A DNA stretch of 64,000 nt from a virus: the IMG/VR virus record IMGVR_UViG_3300022925_000006; one strand, given 5' to 3'. Every line of letters begins with the position of its first letter. The first letter of the stretch is position 1. The notes beneath the pieces are model-generated. The model saw only the letters and a program-made list of their open reading frames with translations, did no database searches and had not been told where the DNA came from. Positions 46,170-56,243 of this stretch are shown here, one piece after another. The translations under genes and the position numbers were made by a program.

Positions 46170-46973
46170 ATGGAAAAGGTTAGGTGGAGAGGTACTTGGG
46201 GTGTTGGTGATGCTATGCAAGCCCTCAACTGTTGTCATAACTATTCTTTTCATAACAAGAAGAAAGTTAATCTAGAAATGCATTGGGAACACGGTGAGGA
46301 TTATCTTCACCATCCCGATGACCCCGAAACAATCATTCAAAGAATGGAATGGATTCACAATCAATATCATCGACAAGATGATGTTACTCTCACCCACGTC
46401 TATAACTCTGACCTGTTCGAACACGGTAATGTAAACCCAAACAAAAGAAAAGACCGATTCTATTTTGATTCAAATGCGTTTGACCCAAAGGAATCTGCTC
46501 CTAATGACTGGGTGTTCAAACCCGAAGCCTTTGTCCCCAAGAAAAAGAAGATAGTTATATGGACACCTCATTATAATAGTGAACCACCAAGAAAGTGGAA
46601 AAGGTTCTTGACAAAAGATGATTGGGGTGTTATAATAAGCTCTCTGCGCTGGGAGGGTTGGATACTAGTTGAATTGACCTATAGAACACCTATTAAAGAT
46701 GTGTTCAAACAGATACAAGAAGCTGATTTTATAGTCTGTTACGATGGTATGTGGCATTATATTGCACGAAACTTTGGTAAACCTTTGTTCGTACCATCAT
46801 GGGAACAGATTACTTATTTCAATACACCTCAAGCAGTAACAAGACCAAATAGACATGAGGTACTAGATTTCTTTGGAGATGGTAATGAATCATTCACACC
46901 CAATCTCAATGAGATGAAATCTAAAGCACAAGACTATATAGACATGTTACAAGAAAGATACTATGAAAGATAA
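46170..46973 (+). CDS. GT-B (GT9-like) glycosyltransferase
   Basis: GVGD at the N-terminus; I..ADFIVCYDGMWHYIA..FGKP. Confidence 0.6.
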   Translation: MEKVRWRGTWGVGDAMQALNCCHNYSFHNKKKVNLEMHWEHGEDYLHHPDDPETIIQRMEWIHNQYHRQDDVTLTHVYNSDLFEHGNVNPNKRKDRFYFDSNAFDPKESAPNDWVFKPEAFVPKKKKIVIWTPHYNSEPPRKWKRFLTKDDWGVIISSLRWEGWILVELTYRTPIKDVFKQIQEADFIVCYDGMWHYIARNFGKPLFVPSWEQITYFNTPQAVTRPNRHEVLDFFGDGNESFTPNLNEMKSKAQDYIDMLQERYYER

Positions 46974-47003
46974 AAAGATACTACAAGTAATAGGGGATTT
47001 AGT

Positions 47004-47963
47004 ATGAAAATTGATAGAGCAGTAATTGAAATAAACGGTGGGTGTAACTACTCGTGTACTATGTGTCCTCAAGATATGAGAACAGGTGGACGTGATAAAA
47101 GATTCCTACGTAAGATGAACCTATTAGAGTTTGAGAACAACGTAGCTGATTGTGCAAAACATGGACTCAATGTAGTTAACCTAGAAGGTAGTGGAGAACC
47201 CACACTGAACAGAAATCTACCTGAGTACATTAAGATTGTTAAGAAGTATGGTGCGAAGTGTTTCATGTTCTCTAATGGATTCCGTATGCACGGTGACTTT
47301 ATGAAGAAGTGTGTTGATGCGGGATTAGACTTCTATAGATTTTCATTCATTGGATACAATCCTGATAAATATCAAGAATGGATGCATAATACTCAAGGCG
47401 GTAACTTTGATTTCATTTGTAAGAACATCAAAGAGATGCAAGAATATGTAAAAGAAACGGGTAGTGACTGTGTGGTCGCAACCTACCATCTTATAACTGA
47501 TAATGATAATTTAGAGGAGGAACTTAATGAATATAAAGCAGTGGTTAATAGACTTGGAGTTAAAACAGAAATTTGGAAGATGCATAACTGGTCTGGAGTC
47601 TATGATAACAAAGACAAACGTCAAGGTAAAGTTAAAACGTGCGGTAGGCCATTCTCTCCTGATGTTGTTATACGTGCTGGCGGTCTTGACGGGAAAACTG
47701 GGGCAGTGGCTCCTTGTTGTCAAGTCTTGGGCAGAGACGAAGAGGCAGTCCTTGGTCATACGAGTGAGAAGTCTATAGAGGATATATGGAACGATATTCC
47801 ATACACCGAACTTAGGGAACAACACACAACAGGAGATTATCCCGACTATTGTAAGGGGTGTGACTTCCTTCTAGATGACCCTGAAGTATTAGTCTATAGT
47901 AATCACGATAGAGACCTACATAAGATGCATGGAACTGATTTTGACCTTGAAGATTACCGATAA
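47004..47963 (+). CDS. Radical SAM / SPASM protein
   Basis: CNYSCTMC, GSGEP; C-terminal C...PCC...CKGC. Confidence 0.9.
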   Translation: MKIDRAVIEINGGCNYSCTMCPQDMRTGGRDKRFLRKMNLLEFENNVADCAKHGLNVVNLEGSGEPTLNRNLPEYIKIVKKYGAKCFMFSNGFRMHGDFMKKCVDAGLDFYRFSFIGYNPDKYQEWMHNTQGGNFDFICKNIKEMQEYVKETGSDCVVATYHLITDNDNLEEELNEYKAVVNRLGVKTEIWKMHNWSGVYDNKDKRQGKVKTCGRPFSPDVVIRAGGLDGKTGAVAPCCQVLGRDEEAVLGHTSEKSIEDIWNDIPYTELREQHTTGDYPDYCKGCDFLLDDPEVLVYSNHDRDLHKMHGTDFDLEDYR

Positions 47964-48555
47964 TATATGGATGATACAGATACCTGATAGTAAGGTATCT
48001 CAACATTATGCAAAACAGGCAATACAAAGTTGGGAATCTCACGGTTTTCAAGTAAATCTATTTGATGCAGTCACTCCAAAGACTCTACATCTATATGACG
48101 ATATACAGCTTGACCAGTATCACGGTAAACGTGATTTCACTGATACTGAAATGGGTTGTTGGTATAGTCACTATCTGTTATGGGAGAAATGTGTTGAAGA
48201 ACGAACGCCCATAACAATTATAGAACACGATACCGAATGTCTTACTTCTGATATGCCTATTATCGCACCATACTTTTCAATCTGTGATTTTCAGAATAAT
48301 GAAGAGTTTCATAACTATTGTGATAGGTTTGAAGGACACCCTTATTGGTGGCATTACAAGTTATGCCCTATTACTTCTGGATATTATATTGAACCAGAAC
48401 AGGCCGAAGACTTGTTATTAGAATGTGTGACCAAGAGACATACAAGATATGTTGATGATATAATGTTTGATAAATTAAATAAAGATTTAAATTTAATTGC
48501 GGATTACTGTAGACCTATATATGATACAAAGGTAGGAGGAACAGTTGACCACTAG
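47929..48555 (+). CDS. GT25-like glycosyltransferase
   Basis: FDAVTP, GCWYSHY.LW, IIEHD. Confidence 0.75.
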   Translation: MELILTLKITDNIWMIQIPDSKVSQHYAKQAIQSWESHGFQVNLFDAVTPKTLHLYDDIQLDQYHGKRDFTDTEMGCWYSHYLLWEKCVEERTPITIIEHDTECLTSDMPIIAPYFSICDFQNNEEFHNYCDRFEGHPYWWHYKLCPITSGYYIEPEQAEDLLLECVTKRHTRYVDDIMFDKLNKDLNLIADYCRPIYDTKVGGTVDH

Positions 48556-49339
48556 AATGATATTCCAAGTGTCGGTGGGTAAACCATCTAAACTATACGA
48601 ACACTGTATTGAATCAGTCGCACATTATTGTGCGAAGTATGACATTGAACATATCGTATTGACTCAACCTAAACTAAGAATCAAACCTGATATCTTTACC
48701 AGTGGACGTAGTGAAGAATCCTACATGAAATATGGTGGATATCTTCCTATCTTTGAAAAGGAAAATGCATTTGACTATCTCGATAGATTTGACCAGATTG
48801 CAATTGTGGATGCCGACATTTACATCCGAAATGATGCACCCAATATATTTGATGATTTTGGTACTGACCACGCATTTGGGGCAGTAGTAGAACGTGAAAT
48901 GGATATACAGTCTTGGTATGGAAACAAGATTATAAACTATTCACAGATGCAGTACCGACACCTACACAGTTCTGGCCATGGAGACTTCAAACCAAACAAT
49001 CTGGGATACGAGTTCTTTAATATGGGGTTGATTCTCCTGAACTCCAAGTTATTCAAACCATACCTCAAGGGACAAGACCCTCACAGTTTCCTGAACCGTA
49101 TGGAATTTAAAGACTTTGTAGACGGTGTTGGTGCATACAAGTGGAGTACTGACCAGACCCTACTAAACTATTTCCTGAAGAAGTATAGAATACCTACCAA
49201 ACATATGGAAGGTAAATGGAATGGACTATTCAGTGCAATCAATAATGTAAAAGATTGTAACTTTGTGCATTTCTTTCTAAAGGATAAACTCCCTGACGGT
49301 GGAGAAAATGTTGACCAGTTAATGAGTCAAATTATATAA
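48545..49339 (+). CDS. GT8-like glycosyltransferase
   Basis: VDADI, FFNMG, TDQTLLN, WN, FVHF. Confidence 0.8.
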   Translation: MTTRMIFQVSVGKPSKLYEHCIESVAHYCAKYDIEHIVLTQPKLRIKPDIFTSGRSEESYMKYGGYLPIFEKENAFDYLDRFDQIAIVDADIYIRNDAPNIFDDFGTDHAFGAVVEREMDIQSWYGNKIINYSQMQYRHLHSSGHGDFKPNNLGYEFFNMGLILLNSKLFKPYLKGQDPHSFLNRMEFKDFVDGVGAYKWSTDQTLLNYFLKKYRIPTKHMEGKWNGLFSAINNVKDCNFVHFFLKDKLPDGGENVDQLMSQII

Positions 49340-49342
49340 ATA
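49335..49342 (+). promoter_or_regulatory. T4-type late promoter
   Basis: Exact TATAAATA. Confidence 0.75.
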
Positions 49343-49392
49343 CTATAGACAATACCGTCAATTATATTAATAGAGTGAATAGGAGAACCCTA

Positions 49393-50091
49393 ATGTTAAA
49401 CCCGAACGATTTTGTGAAGAAGATTCGCAAAGATAACCAAGCCCTGTTCGAAGCGTCTAAGATGAACACTAAGGCGTATTTCGAAGGTGACCTTCCTGAA
49501 GAGGAGATGGTCAATCACTTCATTGGTCGCATGGTCAATGAACGTATGAACATGCAAGAAATCTCAATGCAGATTGCAAATGCATCCGATGACGCAGACC
49601 CTAAAGAGTTAGAACTTCTTTCTAAACAAGCAGCAGATGAAGCAAAACATTACCGCATGGTTCGAGAAGTAATCGAACACATTAAAGGTGAGAAGATTGA
49701 TGTAGTCCAAGCACTTGAAGATGAGAGAAAGGCAAACACCGCAAAAGGTGCTGCACTTCTAGAGAAGTATGATGCACAAGAAGATGAGGCAGTCCTTGCC
49801 GCATATCAACTTGTTGCGGAAGGACGTGCAGAAGCTGTCTGGAATCAGATGGCAGACACCATTCAAGATGAATTCATCTCAACTCGTTATCGTGAGATTG
49901 CGAAAGACGAAGGTTTCCACAGTGCAATCGGTGGATACTCGTTACGTAAACTTGCGACAGATGAAGAGACTCAAAGTCGTGTCCAACGTGTTGTTGACGC
50001 AATGCGTAAAGACCTATTTGAAATCTCTTGTAGAAATCAAGTTGAAGCAGAAGGTTCGAGAGAACTGGTAAACGCAGCTTACGGTTGGTAG
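49393..50091 (+). CDS. Ferritin-like di-iron protein
   Basis: NE...DEAKH and AE...DEGFH carboxylate/His pairs; AGGAG SD before ATG 49393. Confidence 0.8.
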   Translation: MLNPNDFVKKIRKDNQALFEASKMNTKAYFEGDLPEEEMVNHFIGRMVNERMNMQEISMQIANASDDADPKELELLSKQAADEAKHYRMVREVIEHIKGEKIDVVQALEDERKANTAKGAALLEKYDAQEDEAVLAAYQLVAEGRAEAVWNQMADTIQDEFISTRYREIAKDEGFHSAIGGYSLRKLATDEETQSRVQRVVDAMRKDLFEISCRNQVEAEGSRELVNAAYGW

Positions 50092-50643
50092 ATGAAAATT
50101 GGACTCACGCAAAGAGTCCTCACGCACAATAAACAAGTACATGATTCCTTAGACCGTTGTTGGTACACATTTCTAAGGGGTCATGAACTTGTTCCTATCC
50201 CAAATCGTGAAGACTTAGATTACGAATCCCTCGCAAAATCTCTAGACCTTCTCATCATTACTGGTGGGGGGAACGAGAGTGTTCGAATTACCACAGAAGT
50301 AAACATGGCAACAGAGATGTCTAAGTTGGGCAAACCTATGCTCGGCATATGTCATGGTGCATTTTTACTTACCGAAATACTTGGTGGTAAAACAAGAATA
50401 GGTAAAGAGGGACATTATAATGTCGAACACTTGGTACATAGTAAGTATCAACCCCACAGGGTAAATAGTTTTCATAATGTTGTTATTGACAAAGTACCAC
50501 CAAATAGTGTATCATTATGTATAGACGAAGATGGTGATTGCGAGTCTTGGATAAAGGATAATATTTGTGCTATCGTGTGGCATCCTGAGAGGATGACCAT
50601 ACCCTATATACCCAAAGAGATAAAAGAGATTATAAGATTATGA
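50092..50643 (+). CDS. Class I glutamine amidotransferase (peptidase C26-like)
   Basis: TGGG, LGICHG, VNSFH, WHPE. Confidence 0.88.
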   Translation: MKIGLTQRVLTHNKQVHDSLDRCWYTFLRGHELVPIPNREDLDYESLAKSLDLLIITGGGNESVRITTEVNMATEMSKLGKPMLGICHGAFLLTEILGGKTRIGKEGHYNVEHLVHSKYQPHRVNSFHNVVIDKVPPNSVSLCIDEDGDCESWIKDNICAIVWHPERMTIPYIPKEIKEIIRL

Positions 50644-51308
50644 AGGGAATGTTAAATATAGAAAATGGTGAAACCTATAAGGTTCGTGACGTATGGAGTT
50701 ATGACGTTACGGTTACCAAAGACTCAGTCCACTACCTTGGAGATGAGTTTGAAGGAACAAGTTATCTAATGGGTAAGAATTGTGATATTGATGTGAAAAA
50801 AGGATACACCATTCACCGTGGTGATTTTGCAGGACAGATAGGAAAAGAGTTTCTAGTATCTGGCGAGACGTTTGCTCATATAAAATTCTATGGATTATCC
50901 ATGAATGATGACCGACTGTTTATACCTCATGGTCTACCGAAGGGTAATCTATCCTACATGGATGGTGGTACAAACACCACCGCAGTAAATCCTGGCAGAC
51001 TGGGACTTCCTGTTATCAACTATGTCCACTTCCCCGCAGGGATGAAACAAACCCTACACACCCATCCAAGTCAACGTATTGGTCTTATACTTTCTGGTAA
51101 AGGTGAGATTGAACTTGACAATGGTGTAATGTTTCCTATCAAAGAAGGTGACTGTTGGGTGATGGATAGAAATGTGTTACACAACTTCATGTGTAACCAA
51201 GGTGAAGATGTCACCCTATTTGTGTTCAGTCCTGACTCTGGTACAGGGCCGACAGATGAAATTAATCCATTGAAGGTGAGAACTTATGTCGGACAAACAC
51301 GGGTCTAA
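50640..51308 (+). CDS. Cupin-domain protein
   Basis: QTLHTHPS.RIG.ILSG.G...GD.......LHNF. Confidence 0.8.
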   Translation: MKGMLNIENGETYKVRDVWSYDVTVTKDSVHYLGDEFEGTSYLMGKNCDIDVKKGYTIHRGDFAGQIGKEFLVSGETFAHIKFYGLSMNDDRLFIPHGLPKGNLSYMDGGTNTTAVNPGRLGLPVINYVHFPAGMKQTLHTHPSQRIGLILSGKGEIELDNGVMFPIKEGDCWVMDRNVLHNFMCNQGEDVTLFVFSPDSGTGPTDEINPLKVRTYVGQTRV

Positions 51309-51924
51309 GAAACTACTCATAATTACAGGGCCCCAAGGTTCTGGAAATCATCTATTCAGCAAGGTGTTCAGTTATCATTCAGATGTAGTGGGATGGGACT
51401 TTGGTGACAAGTACTGGATACCATCTGACGAAGAACCCTTTGCGGAGTGTTGGGTTGACCCATCCAAGACAAAGAGTCAATTGACCCAAGACTATGTGGT
51501 TGCAAATGTTAGTGTACCATTTGTCTATGATGGCGTCAAGCAAATTCCTCAAATACAAGAAGTTGTTTACGAAGCACAAGATGCGGGTTATGAAGTGAAG
51601 GTCTGTATCGTAACAAGAGACCGAACCATTAACGAAGAACAACAACTCAGAGTTCGTAAGGAAGTAACCCTACCAACCGCCTTGCAGTACTACTACAACC
51701 TAGATGCGACTATAGAATTTATATCACACGAATCACTCTACCTTTATGGTGGTGCATATCTGAAATGGTTAGGTAAAGTTCTTGACTTTCCGATTGCCTA
51801 TAGTGACGAACGAATATTGAAAGACATCAAAGAGAACCAGAATGCAAAGTACGTGAAACACGTAGAGGAACACTGGTTGGATGAACATGTATGGAATGGG
51901 ATAAGACCAAAAAATGAAAGGTAA
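51286..51924 (+). CDS. P-loop/sulfotransferase-like protein
   Basis: IITGPQGSGNH; IVTRD; SHESL. Confidence 0.6.
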   Translation: MSDKHGSKKLLIITGPQGSGNHLFSKVFSYHSDVVGWDFGDKYWIPSDEEPFAECWVDPSKTKSQLTQDYVVANVSVPFVYDGVKQIPQIQEVVYEAQDAGYEVKVCIVTRDRTINEEQQLRVRKEVTLPTALQYYYNLDATIEFISHESLYLYGGAYLKWLGKVLDFPIAYSDERILKDIKENQNAKYVKHVEEHWLDEHVWNGIRPKNER

Positions 51925-52483
51925 GTATTTATTAATGACAGGAGCGCCAGGCAGTAGATGGTCTGGGGTTGCAAATAACATTCACGTATCTAGTAGTTTT
52001 GACCAGACTGATTGCACTGAAGAGAGGTCATTCTCTCATCATAATGGATTAGTACATGGCGGTGCATATTTTGACCCCATGATGGAGTTTCCGTTTCGAA
52101 AAGAAGAATGGGACTTGCCTTTTTCTGGTGAAGGTGTTAGACTAATAAAGTCACACACATTAGCTACATCTCTACTTTACTATGTTGACCATCCTATTGT
52201 TATGGTATTGAGAAATGATTATGAGTGTTGGACATGGTGGAACGAGTGTGGTGGTTTTGATATCCCCTATCCCAACTATGCATGGTACAAAAATCAAGAC
52301 AATATGTTTGCTCAGATTACGTTGCAAAATATGTCTATAAATTCTTTCATATATAACCATAGAGATAAAGTAACTAAATGTGAAAGTAATCTTGAAGTAC
52401 TAAAAAAATTAGGATTAGACTCTAACGTGACAAAAGATAATTATAGTAAAAAAGATGTGAGTGTATATGTCTACCAACCTTAA
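51914..52483 (+). CDS. P-loop/sulfotransferase-like protein
   Basis: MTGAPGSRWS; LIKSH; MVLRN. Confidence 0.55.
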   Translation: MKGKYLLMTGAPGSRWSGVANNIHVSSSFDQTDCTEERSFSHHNGLVHGGAYFDPMMEFPFRKEEWDLPFSGEGVRLIKSHTLATSLLYYVDHPIVMVLRNDYECWTWWNECGGFDIPYPNYAWYKNQDNMFAQITLQNMSINSFIYNHRDKVTKCESNLEVLKKLGLDSNVTKDNYSKKDVSVYVYQP

Positions 52484-53012
52484 TCCACATATGGATTTTT
52501 TAAAAGATTACTTTACATACGACTGGCCAAGTTCACGTACTGCGGGACTTGATAGATATTACTGGACGGGGTTTAAATTAATTGAAGAAATCAGAGAAGG
52601 GGAATCAGTTCTGGATGTTGGTTGTGGTCTCAATCCTCTTAAGCGTCATATTACCAATCTTCATGGAATTGATATCACAGACATAGGTTCCGATGAACAG
52701 GTTGCAATTGAAGACTACCATACAGATGAGAAGTTTGATGTTGCGTTTGCACTGGGTAGTATCAACTTTGGTGATTGGGAACTAATCCAACAACAGACTA
52801 AGTCAATGTGTAATGCATTGAAACAGAAGTCACGTATCTATTGGAGATGTAATCCCGCACACCGTGACCATGGTAATGATAAGGTACAGGATGTGCCTTT
52901 TTGGCACTGGACACTAGACCACCACTTGTTGTTATCAAAACAAAACGGGTTTGAGGTGACTGAGTTTATGCAAGACCTTAATCGATATTATGTGAAATGG
53001 GAAAGAACATGA
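52461..53012 (+). CDS. Class I SAM methyltransferase
   Basis: VLDVGCG, GID, FDVAFALGSINF. Confidence 0.85.
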   Translation: MYMSTNLNPHMDFLKDYFTYDWPSSRTAGLDRYYWTGFKLIEEIREGESVLDVGCGLNPLKRHITNLHGIDITDIGSDEQVAIEDYHTDEKFDVAFALGSINFGDWELIQQQTKSMCNALKQKSRIYWRCNPAHRDHGNDKVQDVPFWHWTLDHHLLLSKQNGFEVTEFMQDLNRYYVKWERT

Positions 53013-53704
53013 TGGGGAAAAAAATATTTATTCATATCCCCAAGAACGGAGGAATGACCATAAGGAGAAATCCCGAACTGTCAAGTAAGGTGTTTCTGGC
53101 ACAGCCAAAGAACCATATCAATCCTGAGTATACCCAAGGTCTTGTTTCTAAAATGAAACAGACTAAAGACCATGAGGGTTATGAACATGCTCGTTGGAGA
53201 GACTGGAAGGTAGAACTACGAAATGAAGTTCCTGCTTTTGCCTTCGTTCGTAATCCTTGGGACAGGGTTGTGTCTCGTTACTTTTTCGCAAAGAAAGTTA
53301 TTGAAATAGAAGAGAACTCTGACCACTACGGTGAGACTGATTACTGTGACTGTTCATCCTTCGAAGCTTTTCTAGAGGAAAGACATAAGTGGGGAAACGA
53401 AGAATATATGTGGCATCGTGCAGTTCGTGGTTGGTATAATGCATTTGATTATGTCGAGAACGGAAATGGTAAAGTCGTTTGTGATATACTTCGATTTGAA
53501 AACTATAATGAAGATATTAAACTGTATCTTGGAACTCTGACTAACCCACCACCACGTAATGTGACTGCGGTAAACAAGGGTTCTTATCAAGATATATACA
53601 CTAAAGAGACTATACAGATTATTGCAGACTGGTATAAAAAAGATATAGACTATTGGGGTTTTGATTTTGATACAGGTGCAACCAAAAACATTTGGAATGG
53701 ATAA
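53009..53704 (+). CDS. Sulfotransferase family 2
   Basis: FIHIPKNGGMTI (5'PSB), FVRNPWDRVVS (3'PB), LRFEN. Confidence 0.88.
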   Translation: MMGKKIFIHIPKNGGMTIRRNPELSSKVFLAQPKNHINPEYTQGLVSKMKQTKDHEGYEHARWRDWKVELRNEVPAFAFVRNPWDRVVSRYFFAKKVIEIEENSDHYGETDYCDCSSFEAFLEERHKWGNEEYMWHRAVRGWYNAFDYVENGNGKVVCDILRFENYNEDIKLYLGTLTNPPPRNVTAVNKGSYQDIYTKETIQIIADWYKKDIDYWGFDFDTGATKNIWNG

Positions 53705-54290
53705 GGTTATATTCATACATATTCCTAAGAATGGAGGAATGACTATACAACACAACGGTGTGTTTAAAGATAAAGTTCATATCCATTTATGGAAAAAAGA
53801 ACATCGTCATTGGCGATATCTTGATATGAAAGACGATATATTAAAAAAGTATAAAACTTTTGCTATAGTAAGAAACCCTTGGTCAAGAATTGTATCTCGT
53901 TATATGTGGTCAAAACTTGATTGGCCAAAAGAATATCCAAAATTTACTTCGTTTGAAGATTTTATTGAACAACGAAATGAATTTCCAACCGAGGATTTTT
54001 ATATGTGCCCTATTCGTAGTTGGTTAACTCAATACGATTATGTTGTTGAAGAAGACGAAAAAATTAATAGTAACATTCTTCGTTTTGAAAACTATGATGA
54101 GGACATAAATTTATATTTTAATTTAAAACATAATGTGACACCTAGTAATGTTACAGGATACGATATATCTTACAGGGATATATACACTAAAGAAACTATA
54201 CAGATTGTAGCCGATTGGTATCAAAAGGACATTGACCATTGGGGATTTGACTTTGATACAGGTGCAACGAGGAACTATTGGAATGCTTAA
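53697..54290 (+). CDS. Sulfotransferase family 2 (tandem paralog)
   Basis: FIHIPKNGGMTI, VRNPWSRIVS; C-terminus nearly identical to the preceding gene. Confidence 0.88.
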   Translation: MDKVIFIHIPKNGGMTIQHNGVFKDKVHIHLWKKEHRHWRYLDMKDDILKKYKTFAIVRNPWSRIVSRYMWSKLDWPKEYPKFTSFEDFIEQRNEFPTEDFYMCPIRSWLTQYDYVVEEDEKINSNILRFENYDEDINLYFNLKHNVTPSNVTGYDISYRDIYTKETIQIVADWYQKDIDHWGFDFDTGATRNYWNA

Positions 54291-54900
54291 ACAATTATTT
54301 GACAAATACAAGTGCGATAAGGGCACAGAGAAACATCATTACTATAAAGAGTATGAACCATACATGGAGTCTGTAAGAGAAGAACCTATCAATCTTCTTG
54401 AGATTGGTACGTTTAAGGCAGCTTCTACTCGTGCATTTCATGAATACTTTCCTAACGGAACAATTTACACTATTGATATCTTTACTCGCACCAATCCCAA
54501 AGACCTAGATATTCTGAGTGAAGAACGTGTCAAGTGGTTAAAAGCAGATTCTATGGACGCATCTCTTGGTACGAAAATGAGGAATGCGTGGGGTGATGTC
54601 GAGTTTGATTTTATTATCGATGATGGCGCTCACTGGCCCGAAGCTAATCGACTGACCTTTGAGAACTGTATCCCGTTCCTAAAAGATGATGGAACATACT
54701 TTATCGAAGATATATGGCCTATGCATCGTATGAGTCAAGCAGAGTTACAACACCCTTGGATTCAGAATAGATTAGACCTGTATGACATGTTGAAACATAA
54801 CCGTCTTATGACTAAACTCTCAGAATATAGTCACAAGACATACGATAGACGCAAGGAAACTAAGTGTGGTGACACTTATATTATAGCGGTAAATAAATGA
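54283..54900 (+). CDS. SAM-dependent (sugar O-)methyltransferase
   Basis: CDKG...HHY, LLEIG, IIDDGAH, G.YFIED. Confidence 0.85.
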   Translation: MLKQLFDKYKCDKGTEKHHYYKEYEPYMESVREEPINLLEIGTFKAASTRAFHEYFPNGTIYTIDIFTRTNPKDLDILSEERVKWLKADSMDASLGTKMRNAWGDVEFDFIIDDGAHWPEANRLTFENCIPFLKDDGTYFIEDIWPMHRMSQAELQHPWIQNRLDLYDMLKHNRLMTKLSEYSHKTYDRRKETKCGDTYIIAVNK

Positions 54901-56243
54901 TAAAGACAATTCTATTTGACCTAGACGGTGTTCTGGTCAGTACTAAGAAAATACATTTCGATGCTTTGAATGAAGCGTTGGATAAGTTTGGTTATCCACA
55001 AATAACAGTAAAGGAACATCTATCTAAGTATGACGGTCTGACTACAGAAGATAAGTTGGAAAGGCTGGGTGTATCGAAGGACGTGATTGATAAACTTCAA
55101 ATACACAAACAATCTGTCACTTACTACAAAATGAACACTATCAAACCGAACAAGGACATTACTGAAGTCTTTGGTAAACTTAAAGAACTTGGATTTACTA
55201 TTGGTATCTGTTCTAATGCTATCGGTAAGACTGTACAAAAATGCGTAGAGATGTTACAACTTGATGAGTATGTGGATGTTGTTCTGAGTAGTTACGATGT
55301 TACCAACCCAAAACCACACCCTGAGATTTGGTGGAATGCAATGATAGGTTTGGGTGTACATCCTTCTGAGTGTATCATCATCGAAGATTCTCCGACAGGA
55401 TTGATGTCTGCATATTCTAGTGGTGTACCTGAACATCAAATTCTACGAGTTAGTTCTCCCGAAGATGTTACTCTAAGTTTGGTTGATAGAATTCAAAATG
55501 GCAAAAATACGACACTTAAATGGGTTGACCCAAAGATGAACGTATTGATTCCTATGGCGGGTGCGGGTAGTCGATTTGCAAAAGCTGGATATAGTTTTCC
55601 CAAACCTTTGATTGATGTCAATGGTAAACCAATGATTCAGACTGTGGTCGAGAACCTTGGTATTGATGCAAACTATATCTTTATTGTACAGAAGGAACAC
55701 CGAGAAAAGTATAACTTAGACTCTATGTTAAATTTGATTGCACCAAACTGTAGAATCATTGAAGTAGATGGTGTTACCGAAGGTGCAGCTTGCACGACAT
55801 TACTTGCAGAAGAGTATATTGCCAATGAACAACCACTGATTATTGCAAACTCTGACCAATGGGTAGATTGGAATCCAATTGAGTTTATGTATAAGATGCA
55901 AGAACTAAACGCAGATGGTGGTATTGTTACTTTTAAAGCAACACACCCTAAGTGGAGTTATGCAAAAGTTGATAATGATGGCATGGTAACCAAGGTTGCC
56001 GAAAAAGACCCAATCAGTGATAATGCGACTGTTGGTTTCTATTACTGGAAACGTGGTGAGGATTATGTTGAGTCTGCAAAAGATATGATTGCTATGCAGA
56101 AACGAGTGAACGGTGAGTTCTATGTGTGTCCTGTATTCAATCAGGCAATTCTAATGGGTAAGAAAATCTTTATTCATGAAGCATCTGAGATGTGGGGACT
56201 TGGTACACCCGAAGACCTAGAGACATACTTACGTGGTTGCTAA
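54897..56243 (+). CDS. HAD phosphatase fused to an NTP-sugar nucleotidyltransferase-like domain
   Basis: FDLDGVL, KPHP, IEDS; then IPMAGAGSRF..G...PKPLI, EK..IS..A.VG.Y, LGTPEDL. Confidence 0.88.
   Translation: MIKTILFDLDGVLVSTKKIHFDALNEALDKFGYPQITVKEHLSKYDGLTTEDKLERLGVSKDVIDKLQIHKQSVTYYKMNTIKPNKDITEVFGKLKELGFTIGICSNAIGKTVQKCVEMLQLDEYVDVVLSSYDVTNPKPHPEIWWNAMIGLGVHPSECIIIEDSPTGLMSAYSSGVPEHQILRVSSPEDVTLSLVDRIQNGKNTTLKWVDPKMNVLIPMAGAGSRFAKAGYSFPKPLIDVNGKPMIQTVVENLGIDANYIFIVQKEHREKYNLDSMLNLIAPNCRIIEVDGVTEGAACTTLLAEEYIANEQPLIIANSDQWVDWNPIEFMYKMQELNADGGIVTFKATHPKWSYAKVDNDGMVTKVAEKDPISDNATVGFYYWKRGEDYVESAKDMIAMQKRVNGEFYVCPVFNQAILMGKKIFIHEASEMWGLGTPEDLETYLRGC

Noticed and set aside
49393-50091. Second NrdB or Dps/bacterioferritin
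   Set aside because: It lacks the NrdB radical-Tyr context and C-terminal tail, and its length and motifs do not fit Dps.
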